DNA from: a virus
Reading direction: 5' to 3' (one strand)
DNA length: 64,000 nt
Virus record (IMG/VR): IMGVR_UViG_3300021478_000022
Span: 1-64,000 of that record
The notes under the pieces are model-generated. The model did not search any database. It saw only the letters and a list, made by a program, of their open reading frames with translations, and was not told where the DNA came from. Positions 1 through 9,695 of the stretch are shown here, piece by piece; the stretch's first letter is position 1, and the number at the start of each line of letters is the position of its first letter. Made by a program: the position numbers and the translations under genes.

Positions 1-24
1 GAGGTTGGGCAGCGTCAGGGCCAT
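1..24 (-). CDS. 5' end of gene downstream of capsid (MALTLPNL...), truncated by window edge
   Basis: ATG at 24, just after the capsid stop, preceded by a purine-rich RBS; open to the window edge. Confidence 0.5.
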
Positions 25-34
25 GTCCCACCTC

Positions 35-1240
35 TTACGGGAAGACCACGGTCCCCGGAGCCAAGACCTTGGGTATGAAAAGCAGCGGGACACAGTTGAG
101 GAGCGAGATCAAGTCAATCGCCCCCGGCTGTGTCACATATTCCTTCCAGAAGTAGTAGCCCCTCCTGAGCACACCCGGCATACCGGGGTTCTCGACCACG
201 TGTTCGCCGCCGTGGTACATGCGCGCCCAGAGCGGATCGGGCTCGGTGCAGAAGAAGGCCAGCTTGTCCGGCACCATCTTGACGATGGTCGCCCCGGCCG
301 GCGCCGTGCCGTAGCTGGGGTCGATGTCCGAGTTCGTCACCAGCACCTGATCGTTGATGTGGAACTTGATCGACGGGTCGGCCTTCAGCACCCCGTAGTA
401 ACCCCCCGTGGGGTGGCCGTCTGCGCCCTTGTCGGGGAGCTTGTCGAACTCCGCGAAGGGGGTCGCCGCCGTGCCGGCCAAGTTCCGGATTTCGGTGTTC
501 GTGATGATGTTGTACCACACCCCGCTGTTGACCCAGATGTCCGTCAAAGCGTAGCCCGAGAGCTGCGCGTAGGCCATCTTGATCTGGGTGATGTGGTTGT
601 AAATCTGGGCCCCGACGTTGTTCCACGAGACGTTGATGATGTTGCCCGTCCCGAGCATGTTGAGCTGGCCCTTGTTGCCGCTCGGCACGTTGAACGAAAG
701 CTGGAAGGCCACACCCGTCGCCGGGGCACCTAGGACGGGGAGCCAGTTGTCGCCGGACTGGAGGAAGTAGAGGTTGTCCTGCATCATGCCCGAGGACATC
801 AGCTCAACGACGTTGTTGTTCTGCGTCGCCAGGAACCTGGCCTGCCGCATGATGTAGTCCTGACCGCCCGGATCGATGTTCGAGTTCGGCCCGATGATCG
901 GAGAGAGGTTCCCCAACTCCTCGTAGTTCAGCGGGATCTTGTTGTGGAAGCGTGCACAGGACACCCGCACGTCCGCGAGTGGGTTCTGGGCCACCGTCGC
1001 CGGTCCGGTCCCCGGAGCACGTCCCTTGGCCACCACACGGGTGTAGTCGAAGTACCGGAACGTCGCGTAGCGCGTGTCCCCGGCAACCGTGTTGGGGCCT
1101 TCGAGGGACACGCTGGTCGGATTATACTTGGTGGGCTGAAACCCAAGCCACCTGCCCAAGAACCCTTGGCGCTCTCGGATACGCGAGACAACACTTAACA
1201 CAACCTGGGGAAGGAGTAACTCGTGCAGGTTAGCAGCCAT
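35..1240 (-). CDS. Major capsid protein (HK97 fold, phage capsid E-like)
   Basis: ~400 aa; follows protease/scaffold and decoration genes; capsid-like segments such as 'AKGRAPGT' and C-terminal 'EYVTQPGAIDLISLLNCVP'. Confidence 0.8.
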   Translation of the reverse strand: MAANLHELLLPQVVLSVVSRIRERQGFLGRWLGFQPTKYNPTSVSLEGPNTVAGDTRYATFRYFDYTRVVAKGRAPGTGPATVAQNPLADVRVSCARFHNKIPLNYEELGNLSPIIGPNSNIDPGGQDYIMRQARFLATQNNNVVELMSSGMMQDNLYFLQSGDNWLPVLGAPATGVAFQLSFNVPSGNKGQLNMLGTGNIINVSWNNVGAQIYNHITQIKMAYAQLSGYALTDIWVNSGVWYNIITNTEIRNLAGTAATPFAEFDKLPDKGADGHPTGGYYGVLKADPSIKFHINDQVLVTNSDIDPSYGTAPAGATIVKMVPDKLAFFCTEPDPLWARMYHGGEHVVENPGMPGVLRRGYYFWKEYVTQPGAIDLISLLNCVPLLFIPKVLAPGTVVFP

Positions 1241-1254
1241 GTTTCTCAACCTTT

Positions 1255-2076
1255 CTAACCAGTTGAAACTACTTCGCTTGCGAACTCAGAAGAAAGTCTC
1301 TTCTGGTTAAGGGCGATTACCTGAATCAATGCGAGAAACTCCGCCTCGGTCAGTTGCCGTTTCGCCAAGTTCACTTCCAACGTGCAGGGCACGATGTTGT
1401 CGTGGTCGCGCCTTTTCTCCGGGAAGCGACTGATCGGGTCCAAGTGATCGAATGACAAGTTCTTGCCAAGGATCAACTCCTGCCCTGTGTAATGGCATCG
1501 CCACTTAGAAGCCTCCAGCTTCTCCAGCAACACCACCCAAAACTTTCCGAGTCCGAACACCGTCCGAGACATCACTTTCAAAAAGCAGTCGCGGCAGTAT
1601 TTAGATGTCCGCAAACCTCCAGGTGTATGCCGTTTCGTCATCACCTGATCTATCACTGCTTCCCCACCACAATCCCTGCACCGCCCCTGCTCAATAAGTT
1701 TGCGACGGCTTTCATTTGTGGCCGCATTGCATTTTGTCTTGCACTTTTCGCATCTTGACTCGCCACATGGTATGCCGCACGAATAGCATCGCCCGGCAGC
1801 TCTCTTTCTTTCTCGCTCGCTTTTTCCCCACACCAAATGCTTTGCAAGACATCCAGCACAATGAACTCTTCCTTCTACAGTGACTTCTCCGCATTTGCGG
1901 CAGCGGCCCTCCTCAGCAAACTTTCCCTGCCTCGCCTTTTGATCCTTCAGTCCTTTGGCTAAACATTCAAGGCATCTCGCCTTGCCAGCGTCCTTAGGGC
2001 CACCGCATTGGATACAAAGCCCTGCCGCCCGCCGCTGATCCCTTCGCTGCTTCTGGTAAGCCTTCGCGTCGAACAT
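1255..2076 (-). CDS. Free-standing HNH endonuclease with tandem CxxC zinc-finger repeats
   Basis: Repeated CxxC..CxxC units, then CHYTG..LSFDHLDP..NIVPC..N HNH core; AT-richer than flanks. Confidence 0.85.
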   Translation of the reverse strand: MFDAKAYQKQRRDQRRAAGLCIQCGGPKDAGKARCLECLAKGLKDQKARQGKFAEEGRCRKCGEVTVEGRVHCAGCLAKHLVWGKSERERKRAAGRCYSCGIPCGESRCEKCKTKCNAATNESRRKLIEQGRCRDCGGEAVIDQVMTKRHTPGGLRTSKYCRDCFLKVMSRTVFGLGKFWVVLLEKLEASKWRCHYTGQELILGKNLSFDHLDPISRFPEKRRDHDNIVPCTLEVNLAKRQLTEAEFLALIQVIALNQKRLSSEFASEVVSTG

Positions 2077-2103
2077 GCTTGCTTCTCCTGAGAGTGGATG
2101 TTG

Positions 2104-2145
2104 ATAACTTACTCTAGTTATAACATCCAACAGATCAGTTTGCAA
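2104..2145 (-). promoter_or_regulatory. Sigma70-like promoter for the HNH gene with overlapping inverted repeat
   Basis: Minus strand TTGCAA-N17-TATAAC; ATAACT-N6-AGTTAT inverted repeat at 2104-2121. Confidence 0.55.
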
Positions 2146-2155
2146 GCATTTAGTA

Positions 2156-2950
2156 TTAACTCGTCGTGACCGTATTGGCGCCCGCCGAGCGGTTCTCGAC
2201 GATCCACTTGGTCGAGCCGGGGTTGTTGTAGATCGCGAAGAACCCACCCGCGATGGCACCGCCGGACTGGAACGCCACCGTGTTCGCCGTGATGTTGTTG
2301 AACCCGATGATGTTGCCGCCCTCGGCACTGGTCACCAGAAGGTTCTGGGCCAGCACCTCGGAACTGAACCCGAAGTAGTAGGCGTTACCGCTCGCGATGG
2401 CCGGCAGCGTGAACGTCACCGGGACCACGGCTCCGAAGTTGTTGAACAGCGTGAAGTTGTCGGTGGCCAGGATCTGGTAGTTGGCCGTCTTCGTGACGAT
2501 TTGCCTCCACGGGAACCAGTGGTTGCCCGAGAAGTTGTCGTCGAACATGAACGAGTCGGCCATCTGCTGCCTAGCAACCATGTCCAGGCCCAGCAGCTTC
2601 GATGCCTGCACCGGGCCCCCAACCAGCATCGCGTAGAACCGCTGCAAAGCGACGCCTGTCAAGAGGTCGGTGGTTCTCAGCCCGACCGGGAGGATGCCCT
2701 GCGCCACACCGGAGCCATCGGTGGCGGTCGCGGCGTAGTTCGTCCACTGGCCGGTGGCCGTGATGATGCCCATGACCAGGCCCACCCGGAGTTCCGAGGT
2801 CGGTGTGTTGGTTGGGTCGACGGCAGCCGCCGCGATGAGCGCGCCCGTCAGGACGCCCATCGTGTCGTTGCCCCAGCGCAGAGCGGACTCGTAGGTCTCG
2901 GTGGCCGTGGTGAGACCCGGAATCGCCCCGTATTGCGAACTGTAAAGCAT
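2156..2950 (-). CDS. Head decoration protein with C-terminal beta-rich extension
   Basis: Lies between scaffold and capsid; 'LRVGLVMGIITATGQW..Y...ATDGS..A.GIL' resembles lambda gpD-type decoration proteins. Confidence 0.7.
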   Translation of the reverse strand: MLYSSQYGAIPGLTTATETYESALRWGNDTMGVLTGALIAAAAVDPTNTPTSELRVGLVMGIITATGQWTNYAATATDGSGVAQGILPVGLRTTDLLTGVALQRFYAMLVGGPVQASKLLGLDMVARQQMADSFMFDDNFSGNHWFPWRQIVTKTANYQILATDNFTLFNNFGAVVPVTFTLPAIASGNAYYFGFSSEVLAQNLLVTSAEGGNIIGFNNITANTVAFQSGGAIAGGFFAIYNNPGSTKWIVENRSAGANTVTTS

Positions 2951-2962
2951 GGCTGTCCCTCA

Positions 2963-4456
2963 CTAGGCGGCGCCTGCCGCAGCGTCGGGTTTCACATGAG
3001 CCGCCTTCATTGCCTCTGCGGTGATCTCGGCGAGCCGTTCCGGTGTCACTTCGTCCGCCGCCTGCTCCTTGGGGTGCGGCTCGACCGTGAACTTGCCGTT
3101 GGGCGCCTGGAGCAGCATCGGTACATCCACAATCGCCTTTTCGAGGATGTCCAGCATCGGCGCCATGGGGTCAATGACGGCGCCGTCGTCGCCCAGCGCG
3201 AACTTGATGCCGGGATTGGCCAACTGGAGTTTGAGCGCGTCCGCTGCCTCCTTGGGCATGCGCTTCAGGATGCGGTTCACACGCTCCTGCCGCTTGTCCT
3301 GGGCATTCTTGAAGAGGTTGTTCCTTAGCGCGATCATCGACAGCGCCACAGAGCGAGTGGCGGGGTCGGGCAGCTTCTGCGCTTCCTCCAGCGACATGTT
3401 CGCGGACATCATGAGCGGCGGCTGCTCCTGGATGATGGGATTGGTCTGACCGGGAGCCTTCGGCGTCTCGGGTGGTTTGGGTTCGGCCATAGGGTCTCCC
3501 ATCGTGCTTTTCTGTTTGATGTGGTTCATCAGCGCGTTGTAGACGCGCTCGTGGAAATTGGACTCATCACCCGACTCGATCATGATGGGCGGTTCCAGCG
3601 CCTCGAACAAATCGCAGATCACGTCGTAGACCGAGATGTCCCCGTCCCCGTCCACCAGCGACTCCGGGACCAGCCCCGTCATGTCGTCCGCCGGTTCCAT
3701 CGGGGTCCCCGACTGCTCCTCGTGCTCCGCTCCGTGCGGCTTCTCGCCCGGCTTGGACGGCGGCGCCTTGTCGTCGCGCTTGGCTTCCGGCTTCTCTTTG
3801 GACTTGTCCTTCTTGGGCGGCATCTCGTCCTCGGCGAGGCGGATGCCCGTCCACAGGGAGAAGGCCATCGGGTAGAGCGGCTTGTTGTCCTGCACCAGTC
3901 CTGCGCGCGACAGGGCCAATCCCTTGGGGAAGGTCGTCTGCGGCTTCAGGTGGGGCAAGAGTGACAGCGCCGCCGCCATGCTGGTGAAGGGCTGCTGCTT
4001 CGTGATGCGCGGGCGCGTGGTCAGAGCCAGATGCGTGATGACGCCGTTCCAGTTCTTGCCGTTGCCGTCCGTGAAAGACTTGATCCAAGGGGAAGTCCAC
4101 TTGATGGTGCCGGGAGCCTTCTTCGCAATCTCCGGGTCTTGAATGTCGACTTGCCCGAACAGCACGTCCTTGACTGTCTCTCCCTTTTCAACGATGTCCC
4201 TGACTTCGTAGCCTGTCACCCAGCCAGCGTTGTCGCGCAGCATCTGCGCTGCCCGCTGGGCTTTGGTCATAGGCAGAGCTTCGAGTTGGTGTTCGAGAGG
4301 AACCGGGATGCTTAGCCCATCGGCCAGCATCGCCTTGCCGTCGTTGAAAAGACGGTGGACTTCCGCAGGAGTGGCTTCGTACTTGGCAGGTAACCCGGTA
4401 TCCTCGTCGATGTACGAGTAGGTTCCGGGTCGAATGATCTCTTTGGAGACGAGCAA
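2963..4456 (-). CDS. Mu-like prohead protease/scaffold
   Basis: IPVPLEH, AGWV, WTSPWI, ITHLALTTRP motifs of Mu gpI-type proteases; charged helical scaffold C-terminus. Confidence 0.8.
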   Translation of the reverse strand: MLVSKEIIRPGTYSYIDEDTGLPAKYEATPAEVHRLFNDGKAMLADGLSIPVPLEHQLEALPMTKAQRAAQMLRDNAGWVTGYEVRDIVEKGETVKDVLFGQVDIQDPEIAKKAPGTIKWTSPWIKSFTDGNGKNWNGVITHLALTTRPRITKQQPFTSMAAALSLLPHLKPQTTFPKGLALSRAGLVQDNKPLYPMAFSLWTGIRLAEDEMPPKKDKSKEKPEAKRDDKAPPSKPGEKPHGAEHEEQSGTPMEPADDMTGLVPESLVDGDGDISVYDVICDLFEALEPPIMIESGDESNFHERVYNALMNHIKQKSTMGDPMAEPKPPETPKAPGQTNPIIQEQPPLMMSANMSLEEAQKLPDPATRSVALSMIALRNNLFKNAQDKRQERVNRILKRMPKEAADALKLQLANPGIKFALGDDGAVIDPMAPMLDILEKAIVDVPMLLQAPNGKFTVEPHPKEQAADEVTPERLAEITAEAMKAAHVKPDAAAGAA

Positions 4457-4491
4457 CGGTGCCGTCCGGCAAAGGCCCCACAGGCAGAATC

Positions 4492-4520
4492 ATCTTGAAC
4501 AGGTGATGGGGAAAGGTCAA
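4492..4520 (-). promoter_or_regulatory. Putative sigma70 promoter for head operon
   Basis: TTGACC-N17-CAAGAT on minus strand, directly after a terminator. Confidence 0.4.
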
Positions 4521-4524
4521 GCGC

Positions 4525-4565
4525 AAAAGAAAAACACCGCTCGGGAGTGTAAGTCCTGAGCGGTG
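4525..4565 (-). terminator. Intrinsic terminator
   Basis: Minus strand CACCGCTCAGGA-loop-TCCCGAGCGGTG then TTTTTCTTTT. Confidence 0.75.
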
Positions 4566-4640
4566 CGCCCTTGAGCCCGATCCGCGATTGCTCGCTGAAA
4601 GGAGCCGTCGCCAATCCTACCAGAAACGGCGGTTCTGCGT

Positions 4641-5084
4641 CTAGCCCATCTTCGGGAAACGCGGCGGCATCGGGCCGTTGGGCAAGACGATCTGCTTCTC
4701 GGCTTTCTTGGCCGCTTCCTGTGCCTGCGCCATCGCAGCCTGCATCATCGACTGCTGGATGATCTGCGCCTTGAGCATCTCCATGTGCCCCAAGAGGAGG
4801 TTGATGGGGTAGGCGCCTTGAATCGTCGTGGCGAAGGTGCCGTCCGGCTGGAGCACCAGCGTCACGAAGGGCTTGCCTTCGGACTTGGCCTTGGCTTCCG
4901 CTTGTTCTTGGCTCACTTGCATCCTGAAATCTCCCTTGGGCGCATGGCAATGCTTGAACTTCTTGCCGCTGCCGCAGAAGCACGGCTGGTTGCGGCCGAT
5001 CCCACCCTTGAAGCGAACGGGTTGATTATGTGTACTCACAGTTGCACCCGCACACGGGACATCCGGCTTGCTCCCATGCTTCAA
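4641..5084 (-). CDS. SEC-C motif protein (start may be GTG 5039)
   Basis: [19 protein letters not shown] is a canonical SEC-C motif. Confidence 0.85.
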   Translation of the reverse strand: MKHGSKPDVPCAGATVSTHNQPVRFKGGIGRNQPCFCGSGKKFKHCHAPKGDFRMQVSQEQAEAKAKSEGKPFVTLVLQPDGTFATTIQGAYPINLLLGHMEMLKAQIIQQSMMQAAMAQAQEAAKKAEKQIVLPNGPMPPRFPKMG

Positions 5085-5358
5085 GTCTCAATTCCATGTT
5101 GGTTGATGGGAACGCTTCATCCAGTGCGTCGGTGCATGAATCGTGTCTCACATACCTGCCGTGTCCGCAAGTCGGCCAAACCCAATCGCGATGGTGAAAC
5201 ATCGGCTGCGGCGAACCAGCCGGTCGCTGACACAGTACGCACAGTGGCTCGTCCTTCTGTGGAGGCGGTTCGGGCGGAATCGGCTCGACTGGCACCATCA
5301 AGCCGTTGCGCATCTCGAATACAATCTCAGGCACCAGAGCCTCCTGAGGCGGCAGCAT
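5026..5358 (-). CDS. Hypothetical Cys-rich protein
   Basis: ORF in operon with CxxC motifs. Confidence 0.5.
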   Translation of the reverse strand: MLPPQEALVPEIVFEMRNGLMVPVEPIPPEPPPQKDEPLCVLCQRPAGSPQPMFHHRDWVWPTCGHGRYVRHDSCTDALDEAFPSTNMELRLEAWEQAGCPVCGCNCEYT

Positions 5359-5520
5359 GAGCAGCCTTGGCTATGTCGTCGCGCCGCGCGATCTTCAAGG
5401 CTTCTTTGGCTGCCCAGACGCGGCCACGCATGTCGCATTCGTTGCAGATCCAATCCGTGGGTGTCGTGAAGTTGTAATCGACATCCTCTTTGCCGCACAC
5501 CACACATTTCCTTTCCCCCA

Positions 5521-5907
5521 TCACGCCACCGCCTTTTTCTTCAGGCACTCCACGTGCGCCGGGATACGCGCCCCGCCCACAGGGGCCATGTAGTCCACCT
5601 TTGCCCCCACCTCGATTGCTTTGTTGCACAGCGGACACTCGGTCGCCTTCTCCACCGGGTTGGGAATCTGGGACCATTTCTTGAACCACGTCAGGAGTCG
5701 CATCCCCTGCGGCGTCAGCACCGCGCCCGTGCCCCGGCATTCCTCGCATGGCACGCGCTTGCCGAACTCCCCCTGCACGAAGGCGCCATTGCACTTGGGA
5801 CAGGAATACTCAAGGGGAATGCGGAACTCGCCCGCGTCGTTCTCCAGTATGATCTGGACGGTCGGCTGGCGGACGGTCATCTTGTCGAGTTGTACGGACT
5901 GCATCAT
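5521..5907 (-). CDS. Anti-TRAP/DnaJ-type zinc-finger protein
   Basis: LEYSCPKC...PCEECRGTGAVLTPQGMRLL resembles Bacillus anti-TRAP CPKC...PCPACSGKGVILTAQG; second CxxC..H..C domain follows. Confidence 0.6.
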   Translation of the reverse strand: MMQSVQLDKMTVRQPTVQIILENDAGEFRIPLEYSCPKCNGAFVQGEFGKRVPCEECRGTGAVLTPQGMRLLTWFKKWSQIPNPVEKATECPLCNKAIEVGAKVDYMAPVGGARIPAHVECLKKKAVA

Positions 5908-5950
5908 ATGTTTTCTCCTGACATATGTTAGAACGTAAGCTTTTGTTTGT

Positions 5951-6349
5951 TTAAGACGCATCTCCCGGAGACTGTCCGACCGAGCCGCCAATATAACCAT
6001 GCCACTTGCAATGCTCATCTTCTTCTTGAATCGAAGGCTGCAAACACAAATCATCAAGGCCGGTCCCGCTCGTTATTCTCCATCGAACTGTTTGCCCGGC
6101 TTTGTTCTTGCCTATATGAGGCGGAACTGGCGAACCCTCAAACCAAATCATAGTGTGGTGGTCATTATCAGCCGCTTTACTCTTAGGGCAGATAAAAGTT
6201 ATGCCATGTGCCTCAGCCAACGTCGCTACGGGTTGAAAGGCATCCTGCATATAATCGGCTGGCCACTTAGGATTCAAAGCGCGCGCTTCGTCATCAGGCG
6301 CTCGGCTAACATGCCTTAAAAAGGTAGCTTCCAAATCCCTGAGTCTCAT
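5951..6349 (-). CDS. DUF6527-like metal-binding protein
   Basis: FICP..H..W..LCLQPSI..CKWHGYI pattern; ATGA overlap with upstream gene; AT-richer DNA. Confidence 0.55.
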   Translation of the reverse strand: MRLRDLEATFLRHVSRAPDDEARALNPKWPADYMQDAFQPVATLAEAHGITFICPKSKAADNDHHTMIWFEGSPVPPHIGKNKAGQTVRWRITSGTGLDDLCLQPSIQEEDEHCKWHGYIGGSVGQSPGDAS

Positions 6350-7641
6350 GTAATCCTCAAACTCCGTCCCGTCCCAAGGATGATGGGGCCGGAGGCCAAG
6401 TTGTTGTTCAGCGTCACCTGTCCCGTCCAGGTGATGGTATTGTACGGGTCGTTGATCGTGCACGTATCCGCGTCCATCGTCACCGCGCCTAACTGCATCG
6501 GACGCAGGTCTTGCGACTTGTCGAGGTTCGAGGAGGTTTGCAGGATCAGGGAGTTGATGTTCGAGCCTGAGAGCCAGGTGATCGTACTCCCCGTCTTGGC
6601 GGTGACGGAGGGGTAGTTGAGGATGGGGGACGAGGCCACCGTACCTTGGATGACGGTGCCGCCGTTGGTGATCGTGACCGAGGCCGGGGCGCAGTTGAGC
6701 ACCACGGTCCCACCGGGGACACTCAGGGCGCCCACGAAGGTCACGGCCGGTCCTAGCGCCAGCGTGCCGCCGGAGTCGACCTGCGCCGAACCGACGATGG
6801 CGGATTCGTTGGGCAGCATGGCGATGCCCACGGAGGTGTTGATGATGCTCCAGGCGCTGGCCGTGTTGTTGTTGAGGATGCGGATGGCGTAATCGTCGGC
6901 GGCGCTCCCGGAGTTGAGGATGGCACCCTGCACCTGCGTTCCTTGGAAGTCGTATCGCTCGCGGGATGGACCGCTCCCCGTCTGGCCCACGCCCAGCATG
7001 ACCTGCGTGTACGTGCCAGGACCAGAGGAGCCGCTAGAGGACGACCCGGAGCCTCCCAGGAGCTTCAGGTAAGTGGGACGGTACTCGTAGTAGCCGCCCG
7101 GGTTGTTCTCCGGGAGCCCCACCGTCGCCGTGAAGGACTGCCAGCGCGTGAAGGAGTTCAGGGGGATATTGGCCAGCGCCAGGAGGTCCCAGAGGATCGG
7201 GACGGCGGAATCCGCGAGCACGAAGTCGTCGCCCGGCTGAGGTAGAGATGGCACTCCCAGACGCAAGTAGTTCGCGGCGTTGGCAGCGCTGGACTGCGAG
7301 ACGTTGGCCTGCGTCGTGGCTTGGGTCAGGGTGGCCCCACCGGATCCGCTGGAGGTCATGGTGAAGGGCTGACCCGGTGTCTGAGCGGTGGCGGTGATGG
7401 TGTTGGTCGATGCGGCCCAGTTTTGCTCATTAAATTCCGGGGGCGCGGTCGAGGAGTTGCCCAGGAGTGCAGCCAGGGCCGCGGCGGCGGTTGTGGTGGT
7501 GTCGGTGACCAGACAGGTGTAGGAGATCACCTTGCCGTTCATCGTCACGGACAAAACGCCACCCGTGGCAACCCCGGTGATCGTGAGTACGACGACCTGC
7601 GAAATTTGTTGCCCGTTGCCGGTCCACGCGACTATGGCCAT
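6346..7641 (-). CDS. Probable virion structural protein (Thr/Ser/Gly-rich, beta-rich)
   Basis: 431 aa, few charged residues, beta-helix-like C-terminal half, GSGSSSSGSSG tract. Confidence 0.6.
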   Translation of the reverse strand: MAIVAWTGNGQQISQVVVLTITGVATGGVLSVTMNGKVISYTCLVTDTTTTAAAALAALLGNSSTAPPEFNEQNWAASTNTITATAQTPGQPFTMTSSGSGGATLTQATTQANVSQSSAANAANYLRLGVPSLPQPGDDFVLADSAVPILWDLLALANIPLNSFTRWQSFTATVGLPENNPGGYYEYRPTYLKLLGGSGSSSSGSSGPGTYTQVMLGVGQTGSGPSRERYDFQGTQVQGAILNSGSAADDYAIRILNNNTASAWSIINTSVGIAMLPNESAIVGSAQVDSGGTLALGPAVTFVGALSVPGGTVVLNCAPASVTITNGGTVIQGTVASSPILNYPSVTAKTGSTITWLSGSNINSLILQTSSNLDKSQDLRPMQLGAVTMDADTCTINDPYNTITWTGQVTLNNNLASGPIILGTGRSLRIT

Positions 7642-7644
7642 GAG

Positions 7645-7875
7645 TTAGTCCTTTGCGGCGCGCCGACTGAGGATTTCGCTTTGAGCGGCAATACGGTCGC
7701 AAGCAGCTAACAGGTCTACCTTCAAGGCTTCGATCTGCTCCAGAGCATCCCGGAATCCGCAGCACACCGCAGTGCGCTCCTTGGGAAGAAAGTTGTGGCC
7801 GCAGCGCTCACTCCGCCAATCATATCCGGGCGGCGCTGGAGGTGGGCGCCGTTCGTCCGTCATGGGCCAACTCAC
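7645..7875 (-). CDS. Hypothetical phage protein
   Basis: Coupled ORF in small-gene array. Confidence 0.5.
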   Translation of the reverse strand: MSWPMTDERRPPPAPPGYDWRSERCGHNFLPKERTAVCCGFRDALEQIEALKVDLLAACDRIAAQSEILSRRAAKD

Positions 7876-8162
7876 TTCTTCAACTCCTCTAGTCTCAGGT
7901 CAGGTTCCAGCAAATCTCCCGCATCCATCGGTTCATGATACTTGCCGTTTACAACGCGGTCTCGGATGCGGTAGCGGCGCATCTCTCCTTTGTGGAACAA
8001 CTCGACCAGCATCCCTTTCGGTCCAGCAGGCGACAACGTAGGATTGGGGCTTACTTCAAGGACTGTGTAATCGCCAAAGGCATCCGTTGGCTGCGCGCGG
8101 TTGACGTTCGGTCCCGTGACGATGCGATACCACTGCACGCTGTTGATTTCAGGGACACTCAC
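7872..8162 (-). CDS. Hypothetical phage protein
   Basis: Coupled ORF with RBS. Confidence 0.55.
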   Translation of the reverse strand: MSVPEINSVQWYRIVTGPNVNRAQPTDAFGDYTVLEVSPNPTLSPAGPKGMLVELFHKGEMRRYRIRDRVVNGKYHEPMDAGDLLEPDLRLEELKK

Positions 8163-8171
8163 TTCTTCCCC

Positions 8172-8372
8172 TTAGATTCGGTCCTGCCGCTCTAGCCACT
8201 GCTCCACCATGCGGCAAATCAATTCGCCTGCCCTGGTTGGAACGACGCCTCTTTCGCTGCACAAGTAGCACTTCCGGCCATTGCCCTTACACTCTGGGCA
8301 GACATCCAACATCTGCACCCATCCTTTGCCGCCAGACGACAGCATAACATCAATGCCCATGTCGCCATTCAC
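8172..8372 (-). CDS. Small anti-TRAP-like zinc-finger protein
   Basis: CPECKGNGRKCYLCSERGVVPTRAGELI. Confidence 0.55.
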   Translation of the reverse strand: MNGDMGIDVMLSSGGKGWVQMLDVCPECKGNGRKCYLCSERGVVPTRAGELICRMVEQWLERQDRI

Positions 8373-8569
8373 TTCTTCCTCCCCTTCTCCAGTTCCTCGA
8401 TCCGCTTCTGCTGCGCCTCACAGATCCGCAGGAGCGCCTCCACATGTTCGAACGGCTGACAGCCGGCGTGCAGGCGCAGGGGCACGGTCGTGGTATCGGT
8501 CCAGCCTTGGACGGTGAAGTCGTACTCCAAGGTGCGCTCGTCCACGCGGCGGAAGGGCAACTCGGTCAT
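8369..8569 (-). CDS. Hypothetical protein
   Basis: Overlapping start/stop coupling at both ends. Confidence 0.5.
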   Translation of the reverse strand: MTELPFRRVDERTLEYDFTVQGWTDTTTVPLRLHAGCQPFEHVEALLRICEAQQKRIEELEKGRKK

Positions 8570-8904
8570 CCGTATCCCCTCCTTGGAATGGCACCCGAAT
8601 CATCGCCTGGCATTTCTGGTTCCTCGACTACTACGGGGGTGTCGGTGTCGTCGTCAGGCTCCAGCAGCAACGCGATGTCGCCGGGGCGGTGTTCACCCAA
8701 GCCGACGCGGAAGGCGGCATTCATTTTGGCACTGGCAAGCGAACCTTCTTGGCGGGGCTGCTGGAACTCCAAGGAGTATCGCACTCGCGTCAGGCCATGG
8801 CCAACGTGCAGCACTTCGCGGTGCATCTTCACAAGCGTATGCGTGGCCGCTTCGGGCGCTTGCATGGCAAAGGTGAACTGAGGGCCGATTGCTAAATTGC
8901 TCAT
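8566..8904 (-). CDS. Hypothetical protein
   Basis: Start MSNLAIG coupled to upstream stop. Confidence 0.5.
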   Translation of the reverse strand: MSNLAIGPQFTFAMQAPEAATHTLVKMHREVLHVGHGLTRVRYSLEFQQPRQEGSLASAKMNAAFRVGLGEHRPGDIALLLEPDDDTDTPVVVEEPEMPGDDSGAIPRRGYG

Positions 8905-9230
8905 TTCATCCTCTCCTTGCACACGGGGCACGTCACGAGGTCTTTGTCCAAGGTGCCCCCATCCACGAGACGCGGGGGACGGCCGCAGAGGGACTCGCCC
9001 ACGTTCATCGAGCACGCCGGGTTGTTGATCGGCCGTGCCTTGATGAAGCACGTCCTCGGAGGTCCCGCCTGCGCCACTGCTTCCTCCGCACGCCGCTGGA
9101 TGTCCGCCATCAGCGCCGCGCCCGTCAGGGGCTCCGCTGGGCCGACGTAGATGGCCTGCGGGGGTGGGTCCTCATCAACAGAGGACGGCCACTCGCGCGG
9201 ACGGAACAATCTCCGCAGTAACCCCAGCAT
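8901..9230 (-). CDS. Hypothetical Cys-containing protein
   Basis: GAGG RBS; C-terminal VTCPVC. Confidence 0.5.
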   Translation of the reverse strand: MLGLLRRLFRPREWPSSVDEDPPPQAIYVGPAEPLTGAALMADIQRRAEEAVAQAGPPRTCFIKARPINNPACSMNVGESLCGRPPRLVDGGTLDKDLVTCPVCKERMK

Positions 9231-9278
9231 GTCTCACCTCCGCCCCACTGTACGCCGCTCATCCCGGTGGAACAAGCG

Positions 9279-9695
9279 CTAATCCGACACGCAAGGAATC
9301 GTCCTGAACAGCGTCGGCCGCTGCCGCGAGTGCACCTTGAAGCATAGCGGCCTTCTGGGCGCATGACTGCCTTGTGGAGGAATGATGCCGCAGTGCAGTT
9401 CCAAGAAACAGTCGTGGCAAATCGCTCCGGCAAGGCCAGATGGATCAAGAGCGGTAGCAGGGTCGCCGCAATGCTTGCAAACGCTCCATATCCAAGAACG
9501 ATGCTTCCAGAATATGGGATTGGCCCAACTGCCATCACCGCGAGAACAGGTTCCGATCCTGCCGTACCACTCGCCATGGTGCCGTCGCAAGATCATGGTT
9601 TCACTGTTCCAAGCAGTCTTCGTTTCCACAGGCACATCTTCGGGAGGCATTTCTTCGCAGCACCTTATCCACACCGCTAATCCTCCCGCTCGCAC
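9279..9695 (-). CDS. Hypothetical protein (DUF551-like N-terminus plus zinc finger)
   Basis: WIRCCEEMPPED N-terminus; CKHC...CHDC. Confidence 0.45.
   Translation of the reverse strand: MRAGGLAVWIRCCEEMPPEDVPVETKTAWNSETMILRRHHGEWYGRIGTCSRGDGSWANPIFWKHRSWIWSVCKHCGDPATALDPSGLAGAICHDCFLELHCGIIPPQGSHAPRRPLCFKVHSRQRPTLFRTIPCVSD

Noticed and set aside
2963-4456. Recurring (L/M/F)-(S/A) motifs in scaffold, MuF and portal as protease cleavage sites
   Set aside because: Too short and common to support without proteomics
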